A stretch of DNA of 64,000 bases from the IMG/VR virus record IMGVR_UViG_3300014914_000005; one strand, 5' to 3'. Shown here one piece after another: positions 48,803-58,113 of this stretch. Under the pieces are notes generated by a model. That model did not search any database. It saw only the letters and a list, made by a program, of their open reading frames with translations, and had not been told where the DNA came from. Numbering within the stretch: position 1 is the stretch's first letter; each line of letters starts with the position of its first letter. The position numbers and the translations under genes are program-made. The DNA is from an uncultured virus (IMG/VR IMGVR_UViG_3300014914_000005). Taxonomy: Duplodnaviria > Heunggongvirae > Uroviricota > Caudoviricetes.

Positions 48803-49348
48803 ATGGATCAGCTTATAAACACAAAAGCAATTTTGGACAGTGACATAATCAATTTGAAAGAATGCCTTTATGATATATTAATGGCAGAGGAAGAGAAACC
48901 GGATAATACACCAGATATTAATGCAATCCAGAATCTTGGTGTAAGTATGACACGGGCCGTACAGAAAGACGGCGTTAATATCTTCCAATTGCAAAGCGTT
49001 CGCTCACACAAGGTAACACTAAACGTCGTAAAGGCTTTAAAGCTTCTTGATAATGCTTCTGCACCACCAGCACCCGTACTATTGGAGGCACCGCCAGAAG
49101 AAGAAAAAGTCGATGTGGTATTTGAAAAAGAAAAAGCACTCCGGATGCTTTTGGTGGATTGGGCCGACTCCCGTACTTCCTTGAATACTGTTCTTGAGTC
49201 GATTAAACAATTATATATTACAGAAGTAACCAGACGTTACGAAACACAGGCAGAAGCCGCTAGACACTTGGGTGTAAGCAGAGGCTATATTGGACAGCTT
49301 CAAAATAAATACAACATTAAACAATTTGAACAGGAGGATTTAGTATGA
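48803..49348 (+). CDS. protein with C-terminal Fis/TyrR-type HTH
   Basis: YETQAEAARHLGVSRGYI..KYNI; AGGAG before ATG 48803. Confidence 0.7.
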   Translation: MDQLINTKAILDSDIINLKECLYDILMAEEEKPDNTPDINAIQNLGVSMTRAVQKDGVNIFQLQSVRSHKVTLNVVKALKLLDNASAPPAPVLLEAPPEEEKVDVVFEKEKALRMLLVDWADSRTSLNTVLESIKQLYITEVTRRYETQAEAARHLGVSRGYIGQLQNKYNIKQFEQEDLV

Positions 49349-49944
49349 ATGATTTAAGTTTGTATTTGCAGCACAGGCCAAACATGCGCACCGGAGATAT
49401 TCTGCTTTGGGATGGTAATGTAACGCCAGACCCAAGAACCTGGATTAGTGGTTTAATCCAAATATGGAGTCCCGGTTACAATCACGTTTCTTTTATCCTT
49501 GATGAGTTCGAAGATATCACGAAACACAAGTATATCTTGGAGGCCTTGTCTGATGGGATTGTATTACGGCAGATTGGCGCGAGGTTGAAAAAGTACAAAG
49601 GAAAAGTCTACTGGTTACAAGCAAAAGAGGAATATGACGATTGGAGGCCGATGCTCGGGGAATGGGCATTGGACAAGGTTGGTATTGATTATGATTTCCG
49701 GAGCATCTTTGTCAACATGGTACATAGAGCGCCATTGGGTTTGAAAACGTTATTCTGCTCGGAGTTTGGTTATGGTGCTTGGCGCTGGGTTGCGTTGATG
49801 AAGGAATCTGAGCATCCGTTATATGAGGCAGTGTTACAGCGCTGGAAATCAACAGAAGTAGAAGTCTTTAACTTCAAGAAAGCACCACGGCCCAGTGGCA
49901 TGATTGAAATGGGTAATTGGAAAGAGCCTGTCCGTGTATTGTAG
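49345..49944 (+). CDS. permuted papain-like (YiiX/YebB-type NlpC/P60) enzyme
   Basis: GDILL, YNHVS, IDYD, LFCSEF. Confidence 0.75.
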   Translation: MNDLSLYLQHRPNMRTGDILLWDGNVTPDPRTWISGLIQIWSPGYNHVSFILDEFEDITKHKYILEALSDGIVLRQIGARLKKYKGKVYWLQAKEEYDDWRPMLGEWALDKVGIDYDFRSIFVNMVHRAPLGLKTLFCSEFGYGAWRWVALMKESEHPLYEAVLQRWKSTEVEVFNFKKAPRPSGMIEMGNWKEPVRVL

Positions 49945-49956
49945 AGGAGAAGGAAT

Positions 49957-50211
49957 ATGGCAGCGAGTGTTTGTAAAGTCAACTTTGAAATATTACAGAA
50001 CTCAAATTATGGTGGCATGACAAAATGCTGTAATTGTAAAGGCTCTATTGCTCCGAATGAGGTTTATTTACAATTACAAGTTGGATCACAGCGTTATCGT
50101 ATTTGTATAGATTGTGCAGAAGCAATGCCGCACAGAATGGATAGCGCCTTACATGGTTACGAACCAATGATTGGAGGTGAGGAACATGCCAGCGGGATTC
50201 AACAAATGTAA
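49957..50211 (+). CDS. Zn-finger protein
   Basis: CCNC and CIDC. Confidence 0.55.
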   Translation: MAASVCKVNFEILQNSNYGGMTKCCNCKGSIAPNEVYLQLQVGSQRYRICIDCAEAMPHRMDSALHGYEPMIGGEEHASGIQQM

Positions 50212-50337
50212 AGCGGCCGGCGGTCGCATTAGAACAAAAAAGCTTTCCGGGAACAGGTATATGCACATTTGATATAAGGATGGCAAATCTTACCCGGGCG
50301 AGGTAAAGACAAAAAAGAAAAAGAAGAGGTAATTACC

Positions 50338-50655
50338 ATGACAACTAAAATATCCGTATATCTCGGAATCATTGTCGCCGTGATTACACTAACCGTTTTT
50401 GGTGTACAGTATGACAACCGTATCGCAAAAGCGGAGGACGTTAACAAGGCCATACAGGGATTGAGTACCCGGCTTGAGCAGAAAATACAGGAAGACAAAC
50501 TGGATAATATACAAGAGCGTATTTGGAGGCTTGAAGATCGGTATGGCCATGACTGCTCCAATATGCCACAGGCGGTATTGGACACGTACCGCAGTCTGTT
50601 ATTGGAAAAGGAAGATGTCGAACGTATACTAAAACAACTGATGCAGGATAAATAA
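50338..50655 (+). CDS. membrane-anchored coiled-coil protein
   Basis: N-terminal TM segment plus coil. Confidence 0.6.
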   Translation: MTTKISVYLGIIVAVITLTVFGVQYDNRIAKAEDVNKAIQGLSTRLEQKIQEDKLDNIQERIWRLEDRYGHDCSNMPQAVLDTYRSLLLEKEDVERILKQLMQDK

Positions 50656-50657
50656 TC

Positions 50658-51335
50658 ATGAAAGTAATGGTAATGGCCAGTGGTGGAAAAGACAGTTGCG
50701 CGCTGACGATGTTTCTGGCAGATAACGTTGGAGCCGAAAATATTTTAATGTTCACTAATGATAATGGCTTTATGAGCGAGGCTGCTTGGGAGAACCTCAC
50801 AAAGCTCCAAGAGATTACCGGATGCCAGCATTACATTCACCACGAGCCCATGAAACATCTGCAAATAATAACGGATTTCTTTTCTAACAAGAAACAAGGG
50901 ATGCCGGACGTTTGTGGCAAATGCACCAAGCTTGCCCAAATAAACGCTGCTCATATAGCCGTCGATCTTGGCATTCGTATGATCTACACAGGTAACACGC
51001 TCAGTAATTTTCCATCCGGCCAAGCTAAAGTACAGACCTCTTTAATACTAAAAGGTAATGTCATTCGCTTTGGCCACCCGTTTGTTGAGGAGTATAATTA
51101 TCCCGGGATTATTACAGTATGTGAGCAGAACGGTTTTGAGTGGGACCCGCGATTTACCAATTGTAAATTCATTCGCTCGATTTTACGTTTACACTTCAAC
51201 CGCTTTGGAAATAATCCATATGAGGAAGAACTCCAAGGCTTATACAATCAGGGACACATTAGTGAGCTTTATTACAATCAACTACAATACTTTTGTACAG
51301 GACGGCCAATATACAATATGACGGGAGTTCTGTAA
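50658..51335 (+). CDS. N-type ATP pyrophosphatase (PP-loop), WbuX/QueC-superfamily-like
   Basis: SGGKDS, DNGFMSEAAWENL, CGKC. Confidence 0.7.
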   Translation: MKVMVMASGGKDSCALTMFLADNVGAENILMFTNDNGFMSEAAWENLTKLQEITGCQHYIHHEPMKHLQIITDFFSNKKQGMPDVCGKCTKLAQINAAHIAVDLGIRMIYTGNTLSNFPSGQAKVQTSLILKGNVIRFGHPFVEEYNYPGIITVCEQNGFEWDPRFTNCKFIRSILRLHFNRFGNNPYEEELQGLYNQGHISELYYNQLQYFCTGRPIYNMTGVL

Positions 51336-51355
51336 TGTGGGAGGGAGATAGAGCA

Positions 51356-51628
51356 ATGCCGAGTATAAGTGCAGATGAAAGAAAGTGGAGAGCCGAAAGC
51401 GACGCCCATTCTTTGGCAGAGGCCGAACGTATTAAGCTAGACCCGAAACGTTTAAGCGCTGCAAAGAAGGCCGCGGCTCGCCTATTGGCAGAAGAACAAA
51501 AGAGAGCCACTGCCATGCGCAAGGTTGCCGGGAGCAAGAAACAGGAATCGCAAACCACGCAAAAAAGGAAAAGCCCTAGCGGTGGTGGCAAACCCAAGAA
51601 CAGTCATAACGTTTTTCAGAGGATATGA
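51356..51628 (+). CDS. basic hypothetical phage protein
   Basis: WRAESDAHSLAEAERIK. Confidence 0.6.
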   Translation: MPSISADERKWRAESDAHSLAEAERIKLDPKRLSAAKKAAARLLAEEQKRATAMRKVAGSKKQESQTTQKRKSPSGGGKPKNSHNVFQRI

Positions 51629-51894
51629 TGGAACAAGCATCTCCAAAAATAGTTCGCCTGAATTGTACAGGCACGACAACAGAAGACCTGTTAATCGAGT
51701 TGCTGGATAAACATAGAACCGGAGACCTGACCGGAATGATTATTACGGCCACTGTAAAAGACGAAACAGGCAGAGGCTCCATTCGCCGATGGTTCTTTGA
51801 TAAGGACCGGCTCTGTACAAATATACTTGGATTGTGGGAGTATACAAAGCAATATATAATCGATTACATGCGAAATGAGGAAGGAGCATTGTGA
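51625..51894 (+). CDS. hypothetical protein
   Basis: ATGA coupling. Confidence 0.5.
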   Translation: MMEQASPKIVRLNCTGTTTEDLLIELLDKHRTGDLTGMIITATVKDETGRGSIRRWFFDKDRLCTNILGLWEYTKQYIIDYMRNEEGAL

Positions 51895-52115
51895 GAAACG
51901 CAGCGGAGCGCCAAGCACAGCCGACAAATGGCAAAAGAGACGTAGTACCCGAAGTTATTAAGGACATGCAAGCACGGGACGTTGTAGGGACTAAGAAATA
52001 TGGGACTACTTTACAAACACATAATGGAAGGGATGCTTTATTGGATGCCTACCAGGAAGTTTTGGATTTGGCCGTATATCTTAAACAAGAATTAATGCAG
52101 AGGGAGGACAACTAA
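51891..52115 (+). CDS. small all-alpha nucleotide-pyrophosphatase-like protein
   Basis: GTKKYGTTL...DAYQEVLDLAVY. Confidence 0.55.
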   Translation: MRNAAERQAQPTNGKRDVVPEVIKDMQARDVVGTKKYGTTLQTHNGRDALLDAYQEVLDLAVYLKQELMQREDN

Positions 52116-52366
52116 TGAAAATGATTCTACTATTGGCTTTTATAATATTAACATTGACAAGTTGCGCGACTGTGAGCTATGTAACACCGGAGGGAGTAGA
52201 AGTAAAATATAGCCGGTTATTTAATCAGTCATTGGAGGGTTTGGAAGTTGAAAAGGTAAAACAGGAAAACGGAGACATGATAACAACCGTAAAGCTTGCG
52301 AAGCAAAATGCGAACAACGAGGTTATCAAGGCGTTTCTTGAAGGCATTTTGAACAGTATGAAGTAA
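52115..52366 (+). CDS. lipoprotein
   Basis: lipobox LTSC. Confidence 0.7.
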   Translation: MKMILLLAFIILTLTSCATVSYVTPEGVEVKYSRLFNQSLEGLEVEKVKQENGDMITTVKLAKQNANNEVIKAFLEGILNSMK

Positions 52367-52482
52367 TCATGAGGTTTCTTGAGGTTTCCTGATACAACTT
52401 GATGTTTTATGATGCTTCATGATAAAACTTGATGCTTTATGAGGTTTCCTGACAATACCTGATGTTTCTTGATACAACCTGA
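52363..52482 (-). repeat. 12 x 10-bp degenerate array, inverted relative to 48661-48780
   Basis: TGA every 10 bp from 52370 to 52480. Confidence 0.85.
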
Positions 52483-52497
52483 CGAAATGGAGCGGTC

Positions 52498-52695
52498 ATG
52501 GCAATTAAAAGAGTAAGAAGAAGAGGGCCCAGACAAATGGCCTTGCCAAAGATAGGCAGAAAAAGAGGTTATACGACCACGTCGCATTTGGCGCATTCAA
52601 ATGCCACGCAAGATAAACAGCGCGACAGGGATGCCACTACGACAACCAGTATTACAACCACTTCAACCACAACCACTACGACTACTACTGTATAG
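52498..52695 (+). CDS. small basic protein with C-terminal poly-Thr tail
   Basis: ...TTTTSITTTSTTTTTTTTV*. Confidence 0.7.
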   Translation: MAIKRVRRRGPRQMALPKIGRKRGYTTTSHLAHSNATQDKQRDRDATTTTSITTTSTTTTTTTTV

Positions 52696-52726
52696 TGGTG
52701 AGTATAAGTGAAAGGAGGTGCGAATC

Positions 52727-52918
52727 ATGGATAAAATGAAAGGTTGGAAAACCGTTGCAGGCGCTGCATTAATTGCGGTCGCCGCACTAGCAGAATTATT
52801 TGGGCTTGCTGGTCCTGAGATAACGGACCCGGCCACTCAAATCGGTATTGCTACTGCAGGTGTCGGTGTTGCCGGCAAGTTTGTTAAGCTTGGTGAGATT
52901 CTAACCGGAACGAAATGA
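52727..52918 (+). CDS. small 2-TM protein (holin-like)
   Basis: KGWKT then two hydrophobic segments; GGAGG RBS. Confidence 0.6.
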   Translation: MDKMKGWKTVAGAALIAVAALAELFGLAGPEITDPATQIGIATAGVGVAGKFVKLGEILTGTK

Positions 52919-52992
52919 CGGGCTTTTAAAGCTCCGCAAAAGGGTGAGTGCCGGGACTTAACGGTCCCGGCATTAAATAAGGAGAAATACAA

Positions 52993-53559
52993 ATGGGAAC
53001 TTCAGAGCTTAACAAGTTCCAATTAGAAACACAAAGTATAGATATCGACTTTACTGCAAGCGCTGAAGAAGATGTAACTATTCCTCTGACTGGCGATATA
53101 CGGGAACTTGTACTTGGTCGTTTGTATATTGATGAAGACCCAGGAGCAGCGTTTAGCGCGTGGGCCACCTATACCTTTTATAATAAAGCCGCGATGCATG
53201 GCAGAGATGCCTTTTTTAGAACAGATGCAAAACTTGTGTATACAGAATTGGAAGCGGCTACGACTGGTTCTGACGCAAACATTACACCTGACGACCAAAC
53301 CGATTTCAGCCCAAATGATTTGGCTTATATTATAGACGGAGCAAGCAGTGAGTTTATCCGTTTGATGACTATTGCAGATACCATGGTGGCAGAAGATAAT
53401 ATTGCCGCTCATGACATTAATGATGGAATTTCCAGAATATCGGAATTCTCCGGATTTAATTTATTTAACAATGAAAATGGAACCGATGTATATTTGAAAA
53501 TAACTTTTGCATCGGCACAAACTGTCAGCCTTAAAATGGACCTTATTTTAAGAAAATAA
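52993..53559 (+). CDS. putative virion protein (beta-rich, acidic)
   Basis: composition and late-operon position. Confidence 0.6.
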   Translation: MGTSELNKFQLETQSIDIDFTASAEEDVTIPLTGDIRELVLGRLYIDEDPGAAFSAWATYTFYNKAAMHGRDAFFRTDAKLVYTELEAATTGSDANITPDDQTDFSPNDLAYIIDGASSEFIRLMTIADTMVAEDNIAAHDINDGISRISEFSGFNLFNNENGTDVYLKITFASAQTVSLKMDLILRK

Positions 53560-53560
53560 A

Positions 53561-55246
53561 ATGTCGACAACAACTACAACTACAAGCACAACTTCTACAA
53601 CAACCACTACCACCACCACTACAAATCCGCCTCGGTATTGGGTAGGTACAAGTAGCGACTGGCATGATGGAAATAATTGGTCATCCGTCAGCGGTGGCGC
53701 AGGTGGAGCCGGAGTGCCATCAGCGGCAAACGATGTATTCTTTGATGGCAATGGTCAGGCTTTGGTAGTAGCGAATACTTCTTTTATTTGTGACAATTTT
53801 ACAATGGAGGCCACTTGCTCACATATCTTGTTGATGATATATCAAGGCGGTATTATACAAGGAGACTTTGAACAGCACGAAGGCTATTTTGGCCCAACTG
53901 GTGGCGGTGGCTATACTATAGAATTCCAAGGTAATTGGCTATTTGATGGAGGGAGCTTTTCTGTTGGCACTGGCACAGGTGTCGATCCTACTTGTGAATT
54001 TTCTGGAACTGATAAAACATATGTGAATAATAATCTGTCTGCAGCCTCTTTTCAGAATTTTCTAGTATCTGGTAGTTATGAGTTTTCAGGTACAAGGCTC
54101 TCAGTTGCGAATATACAACAGCAATTAAGCATAACCGGCACTATGGAGATCTACGGTGTCGGAGCAACCAGAAATCAAGTTTATCTAAATGGTGTGAATG
54201 CTGCTTTTGGAACATTTACGGGTACGATTACCGGAGGCGGTCGATTTGTGTTTGTATACAGGGATGGAGATACGGTACCAGCCACAGGCACTATTGAATG
54301 CGCTTATTTCAAATTCCTTGCTTTGTCTGGTTTGGCTGGAGATTCAATCAGCCAAGATTTAGCTGTGGAGGGATGGACAAACGTAAATCAAGATTGGACG
54401 CATACCGGAGTAGAGCCTTGGATTGATGTAGATGACGGCGATAGCAATTATATTTCTATTGCGGCCGATGCTCCGCTTAATGATTACGATGAATATTATA
54501 CATTTGAAGATATGGACCCGATTTACGTTTCGTTTACACCCACAAATGTTAGAGTCCATGTAAAAGCTCGGTTATATGATGGAAGCAGTGGCCATGCGAC
54601 TATATTTGGGCTGACTGCTTGGATTTGGGATGGCTCTGTCTGGCAGAACGCTGGCGGTGCACTTTTTAATTCTACGTCTTATGTAGAATATACTTGCACT
54701 AATATTTCAGGCGTGATCGACACACTTGCAAAAGTAAATGGAATGCGTTTGAAATTAGAGCTTACATTAATTGTTGGTGGTGGTGCCGACTTTGGAGGAT
54801 TAAACGTAACAGAAGCGTTCGTTGAAATAGATGGCACTGCTTACAGGAATCCGGTTTTCGAGATTGCTCCAAGAACATGGGATGGCCAAGTGGAGTTTGA
54901 ATATACAGATGATGCGCAGACATTTCGTTTCTTGGGAACAGACCGACACTATTTTATGAACTATTTTGAAATCCTTGGAAATTACGGAGCCATAAACACG
55001 GCCTTGCTAGATTTCGCTACATACACAGCTCAAATATATGTATACGGTATTTTTGATGTGGATAATAATGCATTTCCGAGTGCGGTATTTACAATTCGGT
55101 TTGGGGATGGCACACATGTTTTTAGAGGTACGATTGATTTGTACTTTGCATATTCTGCAGGTGCATCTACACAGTTAGTCGTCGATCCTGGAGAAGGAAC
55201 GTTAATACTTTGGCCAAGAGGTTTGAGAAAACTTGTTCTACCATAA
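53561..55246 (+). CDS. putative fibre/spike or decoration protein with N-terminal poly-Thr
   Basis: MSTTTTTTSTTSTTTTTTTTT; YWVG..NNWSSVSGGAGGAGVP..DVFFD; G/T/F-rich. Confidence 0.7.
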   Translation: MSTTTTTTSTTSTTTTTTTTTNPPRYWVGTSSDWHDGNNWSSVSGGAGGAGVPSAANDVFFDGNGQALVVANTSFICDNFTMEATCSHILLMIYQGGIIQGDFEQHEGYFGPTGGGGYTIEFQGNWLFDGGSFSVGTGTGVDPTCEFSGTDKTYVNNNLSAASFQNFLVSGSYEFSGTRLSVANIQQQLSITGTMEIYGVGATRNQVYLNGVNAAFGTFTGTITGGGRFVFVYRDGDTVPATGTIECAYFKFLALSGLAGDSISQDLAVEGWTNVNQDWTHTGVEPWIDVDDGDSNYISIAADAPLNDYDEYYTFEDMDPIYVSFTPTNVRVHVKARLYDGSSGHATIFGLTAWIWDGSVWQNAGGALFNSTSYVEYTCTNISGVIDTLAKVNGMRLKLELTLIVGGGADFGGLNVTEAFVEIDGTAYRNPVFEIAPRTWDGQVEFEYTDDAQTFRFLGTDRHYFMNYFEILGNYGAINTALLDFATYTAQIYVYGIFDVDNNAFPSAVFTIRFGDGTHVFRGTIDLYFAYSAGASTQLVVDPGEGTLILWPRGLRKLVLP

Positions 55247-55258
55247 AGGAAAAAGAAA

Positions 55259-55816
55259 ATGGGAATTATAGGTATTCCATTATTAAATACTCAATATCGT
55301 TTAAGCAGAGTTCACGCTGCCGGACATGATTACCAAACGTATAATAGAGTGATCCTGTATAGCCCATATGGAGATCAGGCTAATGCAAAATTCGTAGAAG
55401 GTTTTGGAGCAAACGAATTTCTTATTGAGGCGAATACTGGATCGTATCAGTTTAGAAAACAAACCACTGTGCCCGTTGAGTTACAGGAGATTGACAAATT
55501 TAAAGTAGTTGGAGATTATAGAGGCTTGGGCCCGGATATAAGGTCTTGGCTTTCTTTTACCATTGTGCCTTGGGGATTGGATGTTAGTGAAAGACAGGAA
55601 GTGTTTAATTGTAGAGTAAGAGATTTGGATGCTTCGCATGGCTTAGAAATCGACGCTTACAATTCTACTGAACTTGGAACGAATACGGATATTAATTTTT
55701 ATGATAGGGATGTAAGAACGATTGGAGGTCAGCGGAACATGTTAACGGCCAGAAAAAAGATAGTGCCGACACCGCCTCCCGAAACAATAACAGAACAAAT
55801 ATTGGAGAGACTATAA
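55259..55816 (+). CDS. putative virion protein
   Basis: beta-rich; in operon. Confidence 0.55.
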   Translation: MGIIGIPLLNTQYRLSRVHAAGHDYQTYNRVILYSPYGDQANAKFVEGFGANEFLIEANTGSYQFRKQTTVPVELQEIDKFKVVGDYRGLGPDIRSWLSFTIVPWGLDVSERQEVFNCRVRDLDASHGLEIDAYNSTELGTNTDINFYDRDVRTIGGQRNMLTARKKIVPTPPPETITEQILERL

Positions 55817-55817
55817 T

Positions 55818-56147
55818 ATGAGGTATGCATTAGAGACTTCGGCGGGAGTTGAATTATTCACTGGCGGGACGCCTTTTCCGGATGGTGCTATTCACCCAAT
55901 TCCTAATTGGGATGACATTAAATTTATTGAACCCAAGTATTTAAAAGTGGTTAACGAAAACCAAATTGTAGAAAAAACGCAAGAAGAAAAAGATGCTTGG
56001 GATGCAGCGCACCCACCAACTTTGGAAGAGTTGCAGTCTATTGAGGTGATAAGACATCATATAAATTACTCTACTGAATGGTTGCCGGTTTTTGAAACCA
56101 ATAATGGAATCACATATGGTACCGTTTCTATTTTGGAAAGGAGATAG
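55818..56147 (+). CDS. fibre-assembly-like hypothetical protein
   Basis: KYLKVV..IVEKTQEEKDAWDA. Confidence 0.5.
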   Translation: MRYALETSAGVELFTGGTPFPDGAIHPIPNWDDIKFIEPKYLKVVNENQIVEKTQEEKDAWDAAHPPTLEELQSIEVIRHHINYSTEWLPVFETNNGITYGTVSILERR

Positions 56148-56150
56148 ACA

Positions 56151-56363
56151 ATGTCTCAAGAATTTTTAGAACAATTAAGGGAAACTATTAATGAGTTAGC
56201 GGATGAGCGACAGTTTTCAATTAACAGAAACAAAGAACAGATCCGCACAATCCATGCTTTGGCTCATGCAAAAGAAGACCTTGAAAAAGAAATTGTCGAT
56301 TTAAAGCGGCAAATAGAAACGTTGAAAGCAGAGAACCAAACACTTAGTCAACTCAGGAGATAA
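56151..56363 (+). CDS. coiled-coil protein
   Basis: heptad pattern; AGGAG RBS. Confidence 0.55.
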   Translation: MSQEFLEQLRETINELADERQFSINRNKEQIRTIHALAHAKEDLEKEIVDLKRQIETLKAENQTLSQLRR

Positions 56364-56365
56364 CG

Positions 56366-56806
56366 ATGGCAATTATTTATAGAGAATCGATTATACAATT
56401 GGAGACTGTAGAAGAATACCCAGTTCATCCTGATAAATACCCAACAATAACACATGCAAGAATGGCATTTGTAAAAGCGGAGATTTCAAGACCGTACGAT
56501 CAAAGAGAAGGATGGATCACCATTTGGCTTGCAAAAGGTTATTTGTGTTCTTTAGGTTTTTTTCATGAGGCTCCGGGATTTCCAGGAGTAGAGGTTAATT
56601 TACAAGAAGCGGATATGATGGCTATTGCTCAGATCCCATGTGAAGCTGATTCAATGATGATTCAGTTTACAAAGATTGTTTTGCAATATTTAATTGATAC
56701 CGGGTACGTTTCTGGAACAGTGGTCGACCTTATTGTTGATCTTCCTATAAGCAGCACAACGACCACTACTACCAATACAACAACGACAACTACAATAACG
56801 GTGTAA
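56366..56806 (+). CDS. hypothetical protein with C-terminal poly-Thr tail
   Basis: ...SSTTTTTTNTTTTTTITV*. Confidence 0.7.
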   Translation: MAIIYRESIIQLETVEEYPVHPDKYPTITHARMAFVKAEISRPYDQREGWITIWLAKGYLCSLGFFHEAPGFPGVEVNLQEADMMAIAQIPCEADSMMIQFTKIVLQYLIDTGYVSGTVVDLIVDLPISSTTTTTTNTTTTTTITV

Positions 56807-56808
56807 TT

Positions 56809-57498
56809 ATGGCACAGGCAACATTTTTAGAAGTAGGAGATGCGGTCCCGTTAAGCTTGCAAATAGTTGATGGAGCTACAGACCAATACCCGCAAGCAGA
56901 AATTTATGACAATGAGGGAAATAATTTAACAACCATTTCCTTGTCCCATGTGGGCGATGGTTTATATCAGCCTTCTTCTCCATATACAATGCCAGATGAA
57001 GTTTTTATTAATGCTGTATATATCGTATATTCTGATTCTGGCCATACAACGGAATCTGGCGTTTATTTACGGGACATGGACACGTTTGTTGCTATTGATC
57101 CGGATGATTACAAAGCCGTCGTCTCTGCTTTGGCCACCACTGCACAATTGGCTGCGGCCCAAGCTGCTATTATTGCTGAAGTAGATGCCAATGAAACGAA
57201 GATCGACGCTCTCCCTTCCGCTGTTGATATCGACACGCAATTATCAAGTTCCCATGGCGCGGGTGATTGGAGTTCTGCTGATATTGATTTCTTAAAACAT
57301 ATTGAGGGCGGTAGATGGAAGATCGACACTGTCACTAATCAAATGCGTTTCTATAAAGCGGATAATGTAACGGAGGTGGCGCGATTTAATTTATTGGATG
57401 CCGACGGTGCTCCGGCATCGGCAGATGTATTTGAAAGAGTGCGAGTAACGACTACTACAACAACAACCAGTACAACTACAACGACGACAACGGTTTAA
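56809..57498 (+). CDS. putative virion protein with C-terminal poly-Thr tail
   Basis: ...TTTTTTTSTTTTTTTV*. Confidence 0.7.
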   Translation: MAQATFLEVGDAVPLSLQIVDGATDQYPQAEIYDNEGNNLTTISLSHVGDGLYQPSSPYTMPDEVFINAVYIVYSDSGHTTESGVYLRDMDTFVAIDPDDYKAVVSALATTAQLAAAQAAIIAEVDANETKIDALPSAVDIDTQLSSSHGAGDWSSADIDFLKHIEGGRWKIDTVTNQMRFYKADNVTEVARFNLLDADGAPASADVFERVRVTTTTTTTSTTTTTTTV

Positions 57499-57500
57499 TT

Positions 57501-57656
57501 ATGCAAACAATAGTTACAAGAGGCCTCGGACAAGTTCAGCGAATAGTTACTCGCGGATATGGTCGCGAAGTGGAGGAGTATATTAAAGAAGTAATCCGCA
57601 AGGCCTCTGCCATTACAAAAAGTATTTTAATGAGGAGCCCAATCGATGCAGATTAA
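57501..57656 (+). CDS. 51-aa protein with IVTRG(L/Y)G repeat (not in ORF track)
   Basis: MQTIVTRGLGQVQRIVTRGYG... Confidence 0.55.
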   Translation: MQTIVTRGLGQVQRIVTRGYGREVEEYIKEVIRKASAITKSILMRSPIDAD

Positions 57657-57810
57657 TCTTGACAGTAATATCCATTTGGATTTAGTATTGGATTCCGATC
57701 ACTTGTTGGAGTTTGAATTACAAAGTCCTACGACAGCGGAGTTTGAAATAGATTCCAACTTGACGATGGGAATAACAATTAATTCGCCAATTGATTTAGA
57801 GGAGGTTTAA
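57646..57810 (+). CDS. 54-aa protein with a 10-residue repeat (not in ORF track)
   Basis: INLDSNIHLD/LVLDSDHLLE/FELQSPTTAE/FEIDSNLTMG/ITINSPIDLE; GAGGAG RBS. Confidence 0.55.
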   Translation: MQINLDSNIHLDLVLDSDHLLEFELQSPTTAEFEIDSNLTMGITINSPIDLEEV

Positions 57811-57812
57811 CC

Positions 57813-58100
57813 ATGGCATTGAACAAAGTATATGTTGGGGACGTCGGAACGGATATTATTTTGGATACTGGTGTCGATCTCAGCGCTGCTACGACTTTAA
57901 AGATAAAATACAAAAAGCCGGGTGGTGAAATTGAGGAATGGGATGGTACATTGGAAGATACTACCAAAATAAAATATACGACCGTCACTGATGATTTGGA
58001 CACGGCCGGTTTATGGTCATTTCAGGCTTATGTAGAACTTCCAGCTTGGCAAGGCCATGGGGAACTCGCGCAATACAATATTTTTGAATTAATGGAATAA
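57813..58100 (+). CDS. Ig-like (BppU N-terminal-like) virion protein
   Basis: VGDVGT, KKPGG, DLDTAGLWSFQAYV. Confidence 0.6.
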   Translation: MALNKVYVGDVGTDIILDTGVDLSAATTLKIKYKKPGGEIEEWDGTLEDTTKIKYTTVTDDLDTAGLWSFQAYVELPAWQGHGELAQYNIFELME

Positions 58101-58113
58101 GGAGGACCATATT

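Noticed and set aside
52636..52695. Thr tracts as simple microsatellites or DGR variable repeats
   Set aside because: Third codon positions are mixed, the frame is always Thr, and no reverse transcriptase or template repeat was seen.
53548..53751. poly-Val ORF on the - strand
   Set aside because: Antisense of the poly-Thr tract, against the operon direction.
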